A stretch of 32,000 bases of DNA, taken from NCBI RefSeq assembly GCF_000195755.1, contig NC_005863.1:60001-92000 (forward strand). Direction: 5' to 3'. This DNA is from Nitratidesulfovibrio vulgaris str. Hildenborough. GTDB lineage: Bacteria; Desulfobacterota; Desulfovibrionia; Desulfovibrionales; Desulfovibrionaceae. The notes below the pieces were generated by a model. That model saw only the letters and a program-made list of their open reading frames with translations. It searched no databases and had not been told where the DNA came from. Below, in pieces: positions 8,687 through 17,187 of the stretch. Positions within the stretch are counted from its first letter, which is position 1; each line of letters starts with the position of its first letter. Both the position numbers and the translations under genes were made by a program.

Positions 8687-10117
8687 ATGCCGGGGCTGTT
8701 GATTGTCGAAGACAACGAGGATGTACGCAGGCAACTGCGATGGGGGCTTGCGAAAGAACCCTACGACCTGCATCTGGCGGGGTCGGTGGACGAGGCGCTT
8801 GCCCTGCAACGTGAGCACGCCCCGGCGGTGGTGACGCTCGACCTCGGCCTGCCGCCGGACGCGGAGGGCGCGTCGGAGGGCTTCAGGGGGCTTGCGGCGC
8901 TTCTCGACCACGACCCGCGCACCAAGGTCATCGTGGTCACCGGGCATCACGACATGGAGAACGCCCTTCGCGCCATCGAAGGCGGGGCGTACGACTTCTG
9001 CCAGAAGCCCGCCGACCTCGAGATGCTCAAGGTGATCATCAGCCGCGCCTTCTTCCTGCATGGCCTGCAGGGGGGCGGCGCCATGGCGTCCGCATCGGGT
9101 ATGGCGTCGGCATCGGGTGGTGCCTCCGCCCCGGACGCCGTTTCAGGCGCGGGTGCCGGGGGGGGCAAGCCCGACGACGGCTGGCAGGGCATCGTGGGGC
9201 GGTGTCCGTCCATGCGGGCGGTGTTCGAGACCGTCGCCAAGGTCGCGGTCACCGGCGCCCCGGTGCTGGTCACCGGCGAATCGGGCACAGGCAAGGAACT
9301 GGTGGCTAGGGCCATCCACGCCCTCGGGCCGCGCTGCACCCGCACCTTCGTCGCCATCAACTGCGGGGCCATCCCCGACAACCTGCTCGAGGCCGAGTTC
9401 TTCGGCTACGAGAAGGGTGCGTTCACCGGGGCCACGCAACGGGTGCAGGGCAAGGTGGAATACGCCGACGGCGGCACGCTGTTCCTCGACGAGATAGGCG
9501 AGTTGCCCGCCAACCTTCAGGTGAAGCTGCTGCGCTTCCTGCAGGAGAAGGTCATCCAGCGGGTGGGCGGACGCAAGGACATCGCGGTGGATGCGCGCAT
9601 CGTCGCGGCAACCAACCGCGACATCCAGACCGAGATAGCCAGCGGGCGGTTCCGTGAAGACCTCTACTACCGCATCGGCGTCGTGCCCGTGGCCCTGCCG
9701 CCGCTTCGTGCGCGTGGCGACGACATCCTGCTGCTGGCGCGCCATTTCCTCGAAAGCAGCGCGGGTGAGGGCACCGGTAACATCGTGGGCTTCTCGCCCG
9801 CGGCGGAACAGGCCATGCTGCGATACGCATGGCCCGGCAACGTGCGCGAACTCGAGAACAAGGTGCGGCGCGCCGTCATCTTCGCCAGCGGGCGGCGCAT
9901 CATGCCCGACGACCTCGGCTTCGACGAGACCCCCGCCAAGGCGGCCGCCCCACGACCCGAAGGTTCGCTGCGCGAGGCGCGCAACGCGCTCGAACGCGAC
10001 ATGGTGCTTTCCGCGCTGGACAAGTGCGGCGGCAACATCGTGCAGGCGTCACTGGCCATCGGCGTGAGTCGCCCCACCTTCTACGACCTGTTGCGCAAGC
10101 ACGGCATCGAGGCGTGA
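8687..10117 (+). CDS. prsR: Sigma54-dependent response regulator (PEP-CTERM-box regulator PrsR type)
   Basis: ATG 8687 follows AAGGAGAAG. It has a receiver domain (LLIVEDNEDVR...VVTLDLGLPPD), an AAA+ sigma54-activator core (VLVTGESGTGKELVARAIH, GAFTGA, ESELFGYEKGAF-like EAEFFGYEKGAFTG) and a C-terminal Fis-type HTH. It sits directly downstream of the exosortase and epsI genes. Confidence 0.85.
   Translation: MPGLLIVEDNEDVRRQLRWGLAKEPYDLHLAGSVDEALALQREHAPAVVTLDLGLPPDAEGASEGFRGLAALLDHDPRTKVIVVTGHHDMENALRAIEGGAYDFCQKPADLEMLKVIISRAFFLHGLQGGGAMASASGMASASGGASAPDAVSGAGAGGGKPDDGWQGIVGRCPSMRAVFETVAKVAVTGAPVLVTGESGTGKELVARAIHALGPRCTRTFVAINCGAIPDNLLEAEFFGYEKGAFTGATQRVQGKVEYADGGTLFLDEIGELPANLQVKLLRFLQEKVIQRVGGRKDIAVDARIVAATNRDIQTEIASGRFREDLYYRIGVVPVALPPLRARGDDILLLARHFLESSAGEGTGNIVGFSPAAEQAMLRYAWPGNVRELENKVRRAVIFASGRRIMPDDLGFDETPAKAAAPRPEGSLREARNALERDMVLSALDKCGGNIVQASLAIGVSRPTFYDLLRKHGIEA
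9083..9118. repeat. 18-nt tandem repeat x2 (ATGGCGTCSGCATCGGGT) in the PrsR receiver/AAA+ linker
   Basis: It encodes MASASG twice within a Gly/Ala/Ser-rich linker. Confidence 0.9.
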
Positions 10118-10260
10118 CCCGTAACGCGAGGCCGCCACGGGCCGGGGCGTCGCCCCGTTGCCACGATGCGGCGAAGGACATCCCATGATGTATGCCCCGC
10201 ACCGTCCATCGCATGAAGACCGCAGGCAGGTCGCGCACTCCGGCTGCCCCTTGCGCCCGA

Positions 10261-10344
10261 CTCCACGTCCGGCTTCACGTCCGGCCGCGGTTATGGCCCC
10301 GGTTATGGCCCCGGATATCACCGCGGATATCACCGCGGGCATGG
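10261..10344. repeat. Seven consecutive 12-nt units arranged as three different doublets plus one, upstream of or at the N-terminus of the BNR protein
   Basis: The units are CTCCACGTCCGG/CTTCACGTCCGG, then CCGCGGTTATGG/CCCCGGTTATGG, then CCCCGGATATCA/CCGCGGATATCA, then CCGCGGGCATGG. Confidence 0.9.
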
Positions 10345-10424
10345 CCCGTCGTGTCTCGCCCGGTGCCTCCACGGGGGGCTCCCCCGATGTCTCTCCTGAA
10401 GTCTCCCGCGGCGTCTCCCTTGGC

Positions 10425-12893
10425 ATGGGGCGCCGCCTCTTCTGCGGCATCACCCGTGGCGTTGCCCGATGCCGTCGGGCGGTGCCGGTGTGCGCCGTCT
10501 TCGCCTTCCTTCTTGCGGGCCTTCTGTCCGGCATGGTCGCAGGGCCACTCCCCGGCATGGCGGGCGACGCCCTCGCCGCGGGCACGCAGGGCACTGCGCC
10601 GGGAGGGCCCGCTTCGGGGCAGGGCGCGTCAGGGTCAGGCCGGGGAGACCTCTTCACCCCCCTGGGCCCCGGCGGGGGCGGCGGCATGTACGTGCCCTCC
10701 ATGTCGCCCTACGAACAGGGGCTGGTGTTCGTGGCGACGGACATGGGCGGGGTGTTCCGTTCCGAAGACGACGGCGCGCGCTGGCGTCTCATCCCTTTCG
10801 GCAACGGGCTGCGGTACACGCAGCTTTCGCCGCCCATGGTGCACTTTCCGCGGCATATCGCGTGGGTCACCGAGCGCAGCAGGGTCACCATGAGCCATGA
10901 CCGTGGCGCAAGCTGGACGACGCAGCCCCCCGGCCCGTGGGGGAAGTCGCCGGTGACGCGGCTGGCAGGCATATCCGGCGCTGGAACGGGCGGTGCGACA
11001 GCCTCCCGGCCCTACGGGGCGCCCCCCTCCGGGGCGGACGGCCCCGACGTGCTGTTCGCGGGCACCAAGGATGGCGTGTGGCGCACCACCCTCGTCGGGG
11101 GAAGGCCCGACGGCTGGCAGCGCGTGCTGGACGGCGGCGGCAGCGAAATCGTGTCGCTTGACGGTATGCTGTACACCTTCACGGGCGACGGCACGTTCAT
11201 GACCAGCCGCGACCGTGGGGTGACGTGGGGCGTGACGGCGGCCGCCGCTTCGGTGGGCGGGCGTGTCGCCTCGTTCACAGGGGCCACCGATGGCAGCCGG
11301 ACCGTACTGCTGGCCTCGGTGGAGGGCAGGGGCCTCATCCGTTCGGTGGATGGCGGGCGCGACTGGGCCACGGTGAAGCCCGGTTTCGAGAACGAACGCC
11401 ACCTGACCATGGCCCCCGGACAGACCCGCGTGGCCTACGCCGCCCAGACCGGCGGGGTGGCGCACAAGCAGCTTCTGCGTTCCACGGACGGCGGCGTCAC
11501 GTGGGAGAAGACGTTCCGCATGGCCATGCCGTGGGACAAGGTCACCTTCGGCACCAACGTGGAACGGTCATGGGTGCAGACCAGCCTCGGCTGGGGCTAC
11601 TACCTCACCGCCAACCCGCTGGCGGTGCACCCGACGGGTGACGGCTTCCTGCTGCTGGCGACACAGGGCGACCTCTACGTCAGCCGCGACGGCGGCGACT
11701 CGTGGCGGCAGGCCATGTCTGCCGTGCTTCCGCCCGACACGGGTGCGGGCGGTGCAGGCGCGTCGCCCCGCCTTGCCACCATCGGCCTCGAGGTGACCAG
11801 CGCATGGGGCTACCTGTTCGACCCCCACGACCCGCAGCGCACCTACATCGCCTACACCGACATCGGCTTCGCGCGTTCCTTGGACAGGGGGCGTTCGTGG
11901 CAGTGGTCCGCCAAGGGGTCGCCGTGGACGAACACCTTCTACGACGTGGTGGTCGACCCCGCCGTGCCGGGGCGTCTGTATGCCGCCGCCAGCATGAGGC
12001 ACGACATCCCGCACGGCACGTCGCTTTCGCCCACCAACATGGGCTACGGCGTCCACGCCAAGGGCGGGGTGGTGGTGAGCGACGATCACGGGGCCTCGTG
12101 GCGCGTGCCCTACGACGCCAAGGGCGCACCGGACGCGCTGCCGAGCATGACATGCACCACCATCGCCCTCGACGAGACGTCGCCCGCCGAGGCGCGGGTG
12201 CTCTACGCCGGGTTCTTCGGCGAGCGCGACGATGACAGGGCCGGGGTCTACAGGTCGGAGGACGGCGGCAGGACATGGCGCGACGTGAGCCTCGGCCTCG
12301 GGTCACCGGGCAACCTGCACGTGTACCGCGTGCGCATCCACCCCGTCACCCGCGAACTCTACTGCCTCATCACCGGCATCAGCGGCAAGGGCACCAACTT
12401 CACCGTCCCCGGCGGGCTGTGGAAGTCGGCCGACGGCGGCGCCACATGGCAGGACCTCACGGCGGGCAGCCCGCTGGCGTGGTGGGCCACGAACCTCGCC
12501 TTCGACCCCGCAGACCCGCGCACCATCTACGTCTCCGCAGCCACGGCGCCGGGGCACTGGCTCGAGGGCGGCATCTACAGGACGACCGACGGCGGGCGCG
12601 GCTGGAAGCAGGTGCTCAGCGACAAGGGCATCCAGAAGGCCGTCGGGGGCGACAGCTTCGACCACACCATGGCCGTAGCGGTGCATCCCGACGACCCGAA
12701 GCTGGTCTACGCGGGCACCACGCTGCACGGGCTGCTGTACAGCCGCGACAGGGGCGAAAGCTGGCAGGCGTATGCGGCCTTTCCCTTCGCCGCCGTCACG
12801 GGCGTCACCTTCGACCCCGCCGACCGCACGCGGATGATCGTCACCACCTTCGGCGGGGGCGTCTGGTCCGGCCCCGTGTTGCCGGAGAACTAG
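10425..12893 (+). CDS. BNR/Asp-box repeat beta-propeller protein (sialidase / GH74 / sortilin-like), probably exported
   Basis: Twelve S/T-x-D-x-G-x-x-W Asp-boxes are present (SEDDGARW, SHDRGASW, SRDRGVTW, SVDGGRDW, STDGGVTW, SRDGGDSW, SLDRGRSW, SDDHGASW, SEDGGRTW, SADGGATW, TTDGGRGW, SRDRGESW). The start is uncertain. ATG 10425 places a signal-like segment (RRAVPVCAVFAFLLAGLLSGMVAG) near the N-terminus. The ORF is open from 10158, and 10341 is also possible. Confidence 0.7.
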   Translation: MGRRLFCGITRGVARCRRAVPVCAVFAFLLAGLLSGMVAGPLPGMAGDALAAGTQGTAPGGPASGQGASGSGRGDLFTPLGPGGGGGMYVPSMSPYEQGLVFVATDMGGVFRSEDDGARWRLIPFGNGLRYTQLSPPMVHFPRHIAWVTERSRVTMSHDRGASWTTQPPGPWGKSPVTRLAGISGAGTGGATASRPYGAPPSGADGPDVLFAGTKDGVWRTTLVGGRPDGWQRVLDGGGSEIVSLDGMLYTFTGDGTFMTSRDRGVTWGVTAAAASVGGRVASFTGATDGSRTVLLASVEGRGLIRSVDGGRDWATVKPGFENERHLTMAPGQTRVAYAAQTGGVAHKQLLRSTDGGVTWEKTFRMAMPWDKVTFGTNVERSWVQTSLGWGYYLTANPLAVHPTGDGFLLLATQGDLYVSRDGGDSWRQAMSAVLPPDTGAGGAGASPRLATIGLEVTSAWGYLFDPHDPQRTYIAYTDIGFARSLDRGRSWQWSAKGSPWTNTFYDVVVDPAVPGRLYAAASMRHDIPHGTSLSPTNMGYGVHAKGGVVVSDDHGASWRVPYDAKGAPDALPSMTCTTIALDETSPAEARVLYAGFFGERDDDRAGVYRSEDGGRTWRDVSLGLGSPGNLHVYRVRIHPVTRELYCLITGISGKGTNFTVPGGLWKSADGGATWQDLTAGSPLAWWATNLAFDPADPRTIYVSAATAPGHWLEGGIYRTTDGGRGWKQVLSDKGIQKAVGGDSFDHTMAVAVHPDDPKLVYAGTTLHGLLYSRDRGESWQAYAAFPFAAVTGVTFDPADRTRMIVTTFGGGVWSGPVLPEN

Positions 12894-12937
12894 CATGCAG
12901 CGCACGGACAGCCATACGACACAGCCGCAGGAGGCGC

Positions 12938-14314
12938 ATGATGGGTAGGGCACTCGTCACCTCGGCACGGACGCGCGTCGCCTACAACATCTGCAAGAGT
13001 CTCGCACGGCGCGGGGTGGAGGTGGTGGTGGCCGACGCAAGGCCGCACGCCATGTCGTTCGCATCGCGCCATGCGGCGGGCACGGCGCGCTACACCTCGC
13101 CCTTCGAGGACGAGGCCGCGTTCGTGGACGACCTTCTGCGCATCATCGACCGCGAACGCATCGACGTGCTCGTCCCCGTGCTGGAGGAGACGTACATGGT
13201 GGCCCGCCATCACGCCCGTTTCGCGCCGCATGTGGGGCTGTGCCTCGCGGGGTACCACGACATGGTGCGCCTGCACGACAAGGCGTCGCTGCGCGGGCTG
13301 GCGGCGGACTGCGGTGTGCCCATGCCGCAGACGGTGTCCCTTGCTGCGCTGCTGGCCTCACCCGGCATCGCAGACGGCCTCGCCTACCCGCAGCTGGTCA
13401 AACCCCGGCAGGGCGGGGGCGGATGGGCCGTGGAAGAGGCCGCCACGCCCGCACGGCTGCTCGACATCGCGCGGCAGCGCGGTGCGGACGGCGGGCTGGC
13501 ACAGCAGAAGCTTGCGGGCCACATGGTGTGCGTGGCCATGCTCTACGACGCGGGGCGGCTGGTGGCCAGCGACACCTACCGCGTGCTCGAGACCTACCCG
13601 CACCCCTACGGGCAGGGGACGTTGCGCGACTCGGTGGCGTGCCCCGGGGCCGAGGCTGGCTTGCGTGCGCTGCTTGACGCCCTGCACTGGACGGGGGTGT
13701 GCGAGGCCGACTTCATCGTCGTGCCCGACGGTACAGGCGGGGCCGAGGGCGGGGCGCACGGAGAGGACGGGCGCGGGAAGGATGCGGGACGCGGGCTGGC
13801 AGACCATGTGGCGCAGCCGGGACACTCTGCACGGGCCGACCAGACCGTCGAGGGAGGGCAGGCGAGGCAGGAGGCCCAGACTGGACAGTCGTCCGGAGCG
13901 TCGGCGCACCTCCCCCGGCTGGACGGCGCGGCCTACCTCATCGACGTGAACCCGCGCTTCTGGGGGTCGCTGGCGCACAGCGTGGCGCGGGGGGTGGACT
14001 TTCCGCACTACTATTACCGCCTTGCCATGGGCGAGCGCGATGTGGCGGTGCCGCAGGCCCCCCCCGGCGTGGTCACCCGCTGGCTCGGTGGCGACATCAT
14101 GCGCGTGGGGGCGCAGTTCATCGCCGCACGCGACAGGCTTGGCTACATCTCCGGGGCGTTGAGGCAGCGCAGGCGCGTGGCGGCCTACGACGACTTCGAC
14201 CTCGCCGACCCGCTGCCCATGCTGGCATGGAGCGCGGGGCAGGCGGTGCGCGCCGTCCGCAAGGCCTTTGGCATGACGACCACCAGCGAGGCGCTTTCCG
14301 GCGTCTGGGAATGA
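12938..14314 (+). CDS. ATP-grasp family ligase, paralog 1 (carries a low-complexity insertion)
   Basis: ATG 12938 follows GCAGGAGG. The sequence is MMGRALVTSARTRVAYNICKSLARRGVEVVV..., then HDKASLRGLAADCGVPMP, QLVKPRQGGGG, CEADFIV...YLIDVNPRFWGS. It is clearly similar to the gene at 17184-18479. Confidence 0.8.
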   Translation: MMGRALVTSARTRVAYNICKSLARRGVEVVVADARPHAMSFASRHAAGTARYTSPFEDEAAFVDDLLRIIDRERIDVLVPVLEETYMVARHHARFAPHVGLCLAGYHDMVRLHDKASLRGLAADCGVPMPQTVSLAALLASPGIADGLAYPQLVKPRQGGGGWAVEEAATPARLLDIARQRGADGGLAQQKLAGHMVCVAMLYDAGRLVASDTYRVLETYPHPYGQGTLRDSVACPGAEAGLRALLDALHWTGVCEADFIVVPDGTGGAEGGAHGEDGRGKDAGRGLADHVAQPGHSARADQTVEGGQARQEAQTGQSSGASAHLPRLDGAAYLIDVNPRFWGSLAHSVARGVDFPHYYYRLAMGERDVAVPQAPPGVVTRWLGGDIMRVGAQFIAARDRLGYISGALRQRRRVAAYDDFDLADPLPMLAWSAGQAVRAVRKAFGMTTTSEALSGVWE

Positions 14315-14331
14315 CGGGCGGTGTACGGGGC

Positions 14332-14367
14332 GGACTGCGAGACGGGCTGCGAGACGGGCTGCGGGGC
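14332..14367. repeat. 12-nt tandem repeat x3 (GGRCTGCGRGRC) in the ATP-grasp 1 / AT3 intergenic region
   Basis: The units are GGACTGCGAGAC, GGGCTGCGAGAC and GGGCTGCGGGGC. They begin 18 nt after the ATP-grasp 1 stop codon. Confidence 0.85.
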
Positions 14368-14452
14368 ATGACCGGCCCCCGGACGGACGGGCGAGGTCAC
14401 GGCGACGATGCGGAACGGATGACGACAACGGAATGAACCGCAGGAGAAGGCC

Positions 14453-15838
14453 ATGACGGACGCGACACGACGCGGAACGCGCAACGACACGGTGCAGGCG
14501 TTGAAGCTGCTGTTCCTGCTGGTCATCTGCTACGGGCACCTCTTCGCCGAAGGCCCGGCTGCGACCCTGCCGGGTTCGACGCTGATGGATGGCCTGCCCA
14601 TGCGCCTGTGGTGGGTTCCCGGCGATGTGGGGCTGTTCTTCTTCACTGCAACGTCGGGGTACTTCACCGCGCTGCGCTACCCCGGTGCGGCGATGATGCA
14701 GGGCTACTGGCGGCGCAAGGTCTCGCGCCTGTGCGGGCTTTTCCTGTTCCTCAACGCGGTGCTGGGCTGCGTGTTCCTCGCCACCGGGCGCGAGGGCGTC
14801 TTCACGTGGGATGCGCTGGTGAACCTGCTTGGCCTCAACGGTTTTCTCAACTGGTTCCATCTCGGCAACGACAGCCCCTTCGGGGCGGGGCAGTGGTTCT
14901 TCACCCTGCTGTTGCTGTTCTACCTCGTCTATCCGGTGATGAACCGTGCGGTGACCACCCCGGCGCGCGGGCGGTTGCTGCTGTGGGGTTGCGTGGCGCT
15001 GGCGGCGGTCATGCAGGTGCGTCTTCCCTACGGGCATTCGCTGTGGTCGACATCGGTGGGCTTCGTGGCGGGCTTCTGGCTGGCGCGCTTCGGCGGTTCG
15101 CACCCCGCACGCAGCGGATGGTTCGCCCTGTGCGCCTGCCTCGCAGGGGCGGTGGCGTACCGCTTCATCGGGCATCTGCCCGTGCTGGCGTACTCCGTCA
15201 TCGGCCTTGCCGGGTACGTCTGTACCGTGCTTGCGCTGACGGTGCGTCTTCCCCTGCTGCCAGCGAGGGTCCTCGATGCGGTGGGCGACCTGATGCTGCC
15301 CCTCTACATCATCCACACCTACTTCAGGCTGCCGCTGGCGCAGGACCCGTACCTCGACGCCTTGCTGGTGCTGACCATGAACGCGGGCATCGCGTGGGTG
15401 CTGCTGAAGGCGTACGCCCTGCTTGCGGGACGGCGTCGGCATGCGGGGCCGCCCACCGTCGCCCCGAGGGGGGCTGGCATGGCGGGTTCCGGTGTGCCCG
15501 GTCCCGGTACGGGCGGCAGGGCGAAACCCGTGGCCAGCCCCGCACTGGCGGCGAAAGCGCACCATGCGGCGAACGCCGAGACACCGTCCCCGCAGGCACT
15601 AGCCACCCATGAGCCTGCCGTGCAGGCGGCTTCGGGGCTTACCCCGGCTGGCCAGACAGCATCAGGCCAGACAGCATCAGGCCAGACACCATCTGGGCAG
15701 ACACCATCAGGCCAGACGCTTTCTGCTCAGGCGCTTTCCGGCCAGACGTATTCCGGCCAGACGCATTCCGGCCGGTCGTCTCCGGGGCGGCAGTCGTCGC
15801 CCCTGCCCGCTCGCACCAAGGGGGAGGGCACACCATGA
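14453..15838 (+). CDS. Acyltransferase-3 family integral membrane protein with a repeat tail
   Basis: ATG 14453 follows AGGAGAAGG. The N-terminal VQALKLLFLLVICYGH and GLFFFTATSGYF motifs plus about 10 TM helices fit the AT3 family. The C-terminal roughly 110 aa are low complexity. Confidence 0.65.
   Translation: MTDATRRGTRNDTVQALKLLFLLVICYGHLFAEGPAATLPGSTLMDGLPMRLWWVPGDVGLFFFTATSGYFTALRYPGAAMMQGYWRRKVSRLCGLFLFLNAVLGCVFLATGREGVFTWDALVNLLGLNGFLNWFHLGNDSPFGAGQWFFTLLLLFYLVYPVMNRAVTTPARGRLLLWGCVALAAVMQVRLPYGHSLWSTSVGFVAGFWLARFGGSHPARSGWFALCACLAGAVAYRFIGHLPVLAYSVIGLAGYVCTVLALTVRLPLLPARVLDAVGDLMLPLYIIHTYFRLPLAQDPYLDALLVLTMNAGIAWVLLKAYALLAGRRRHAGPPTVAPRGAGMAGSGVPGPGTGGRAKPVASPALAAKAHHAANAETPSPQALATHEPAVQAASGLTPAGQTASGQTASGQTPSGQTPSGQTLSAQALSGQTYSGQTHSGRSSPGRQSSPLPARTKGEGTP
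15650..15769. repeat. 15-nt tandem repeat x8 (GGCCAGACAGCATCA and variants), encodes (GQTxS)n in the AT3 tail
   Basis: The units are indexed every 15 nt from 15650. The first two are identical and later ones diverge progressively. Confidence 0.95.
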
Positions 15839-17187
15839 CGCGTCCCCCTACACCCACTCCGGCACCCACTCCGGCACCCGCGACCGCCCCCCCGCGCGAG
15901 GCCCGCCCTCCCGGTCAGGTCAGTCCTCCCGGTCAGGCGAACCCTCCCGGTCAGGCTAACCCGGCCCCCCCTGCGGACGGGCGGCTGCGTGCCATCGACG
16001 CCATGCGCGGCCTCGTGATGCTGCTCATGACCCTCGACCATGTGCGCGGGCACTTCACCTACGCGGCGTATGCCCTGTGGCATGACGCCTCGCCGTTGCC
16101 GACAGACCCGCTCAATCTGGACGTCACCACGCCGCTGTTCTTCACGATGCGCTGGGTGACGCACCTGTGCGCGCCCTCGTTCATCCTGCTTGCGGGCGTC
16201 TCCGTCCATCTCTGGCAGCAACGTCATGGCACGGGACGCCCCGTGTCGGCGCGCCTCGTCACGCGAGGCCTGATGCTGGCGGGCCTCAACATGGCACTGG
16301 GGCTGCACGCCCCCCTGTCGCCCGACAGGGTGCTCATCCTCGACGTGCTGTGGCCCATCGGCGTCTCCATGGTGTTGCTGGCGGTCGCCGTGCATCTGCC
16401 GCGTGGTGTCGCGTGGGTGATGGCGTTGCTGCTGGTCGCGGGGCACGACGCCCTGCGGGGCTTCATGCCCGACGGGGAGACGGCGTCGTTCCTGTGGCGG
16501 CTGGCGTTCGTGAAGTCGTATCTCGATGTCCCCGATGTGGGGGGGCTGCACATCATCTACCCGGTGCTGCCGTGGTTCGGGGTCATGTGGCTTGGCTACC
16601 TGTGCGGCGGGCTTGCCGACCTCGACATCGGGAGGCGTGTACGGGTGCTGCCGCGCCTCGGGCTTGGGCTTCTTGCCGCGTCCGTGCTGCTGCGTCTTGC
16701 CGGGGGCTACGGCGACCCCTCGACCTTCGCCGTGCAGGACACGGCGTGGCGCACTGCCGCCGCGTTCTTCAATGTGGCGAAGTACCCGCCTTCATTGCAG
16801 TTCCTTCTTGTCACGCTGGGCGTCATGTGGCTGCTGCTGGCGTGGTTCGACAGCCGCTGCCATCTCCCGCACGCCACGCCCCGGGGCTGCCCCGGCTGGC
16901 TTGTGCTGTCCGGCAGTGCGCCCCTGTTCTACTATGTGGCGCATCTGGTCGTCCTTCGCGGGCTTACGCCCGTGCTGGGCCGCCTGCCCTCGCCCGTGCC
17001 GGAGGCCGCCTTCAGCGCCGGGGGCATCGCCGTCTTCACGGTCGCCGTCTTCGCGGGACTGCTGCCCGCGTGCGCGTGGGTCGTGCACCGTCGCCGGAAG
17101 ACCCGTGCGCGACGGGTGACAGGGGTGGCGCATGGGCCGCAGGCGGCGCATGGGGGACATGGAACCCGTCAGGGGGGTGGGGCATGA
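15835..17187 (+). CDS. DUF1624 / heparan-alpha-glucosaminide N-acetyltransferase-like membrane protein
   Basis: ATG 15835 overlaps the upstream stop (ATGA). After a Pro-rich repeat N-terminus come RLRAIDAMRGLVMLLMTLDHVRGHF and THLCAPSFILLAGVS, which are typical of DUF1624. The protein is polytopic. Confidence 0.7.
   Translation: MTRPPTPTPAPTPAPATAPPREARPPGQVSPPGQANPPGQANPAPPADGRLRAIDAMRGLVMLLMTLDHVRGHFTYAAYALWHDASPLPTDPLNLDVTTPLFFTMRWVTHLCAPSFILLAGVSVHLWQQRHGTGRPVSARLVTRGLMLAGLNMALGLHAPLSPDRVLILDVLWPIGVSMVLLAVAVHLPRGVAWVMALLLVAGHDALRGFMPDGETASFLWRLAFVKSYLDVPDVGGLHIIYPVLPWFGVMWLGYLCGGLADLDIGRRVRVLPRLGLGLLAASVLLRLAGGYGDPSTFAVQDTAWRTAAAFFNVAKYPPSLQFLLVTLGVMWLLLAWFDSRCHLPHATPRGCPGWLVLSGSAPLFYYVAHLVVLRGLTPVLGRLPSPVPEAAFSAGGIAVFTVAVFAGLLPACAWVVHRRRKTRARRVTGVAHGPQAAHGGHGTRQGGGA
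15851..15960. repeat. 12-nt repeat x2 (CACCCACTCCGG, 15851-15874) and 18-nt repeat x3 (CCTCCCGGTCAGGNNNNN, 15907-15960) at the DUF1624 N-terminus
   Basis: They encode TPTPAPTPAP and (PPGQxx)3, in frame with ATG 15835. Confidence 0.9.

Noticed and set aside
10118-10165. A GC-rich inverted repeat (GGGGCGTCGCCCC) just after the prsR stop, considered as a terminator.
   Set aside because: The stem is about 5-6 bp, the loop is too small, and no T-tract follows. It is too weak to annotate.
10241-10255. A sigma54-promoter-like element, CGGCTGCCCCTTGCG, upstream of the BNR gene. One would be expected because PrsR is a sigma54 activator.
   Set aside because: The GG-to-GC spacing is one nucleotide shorter than the TGGCACG-N4-TTGCW consensus, and sigma54 promoters are strict about spacing. 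Other TGGCAC occurrences (for example 13496-13515, 24126-24140 and 24975-24995) are inside genes and/or lack a correctly spaced GC. I call no sigma54 promoter.
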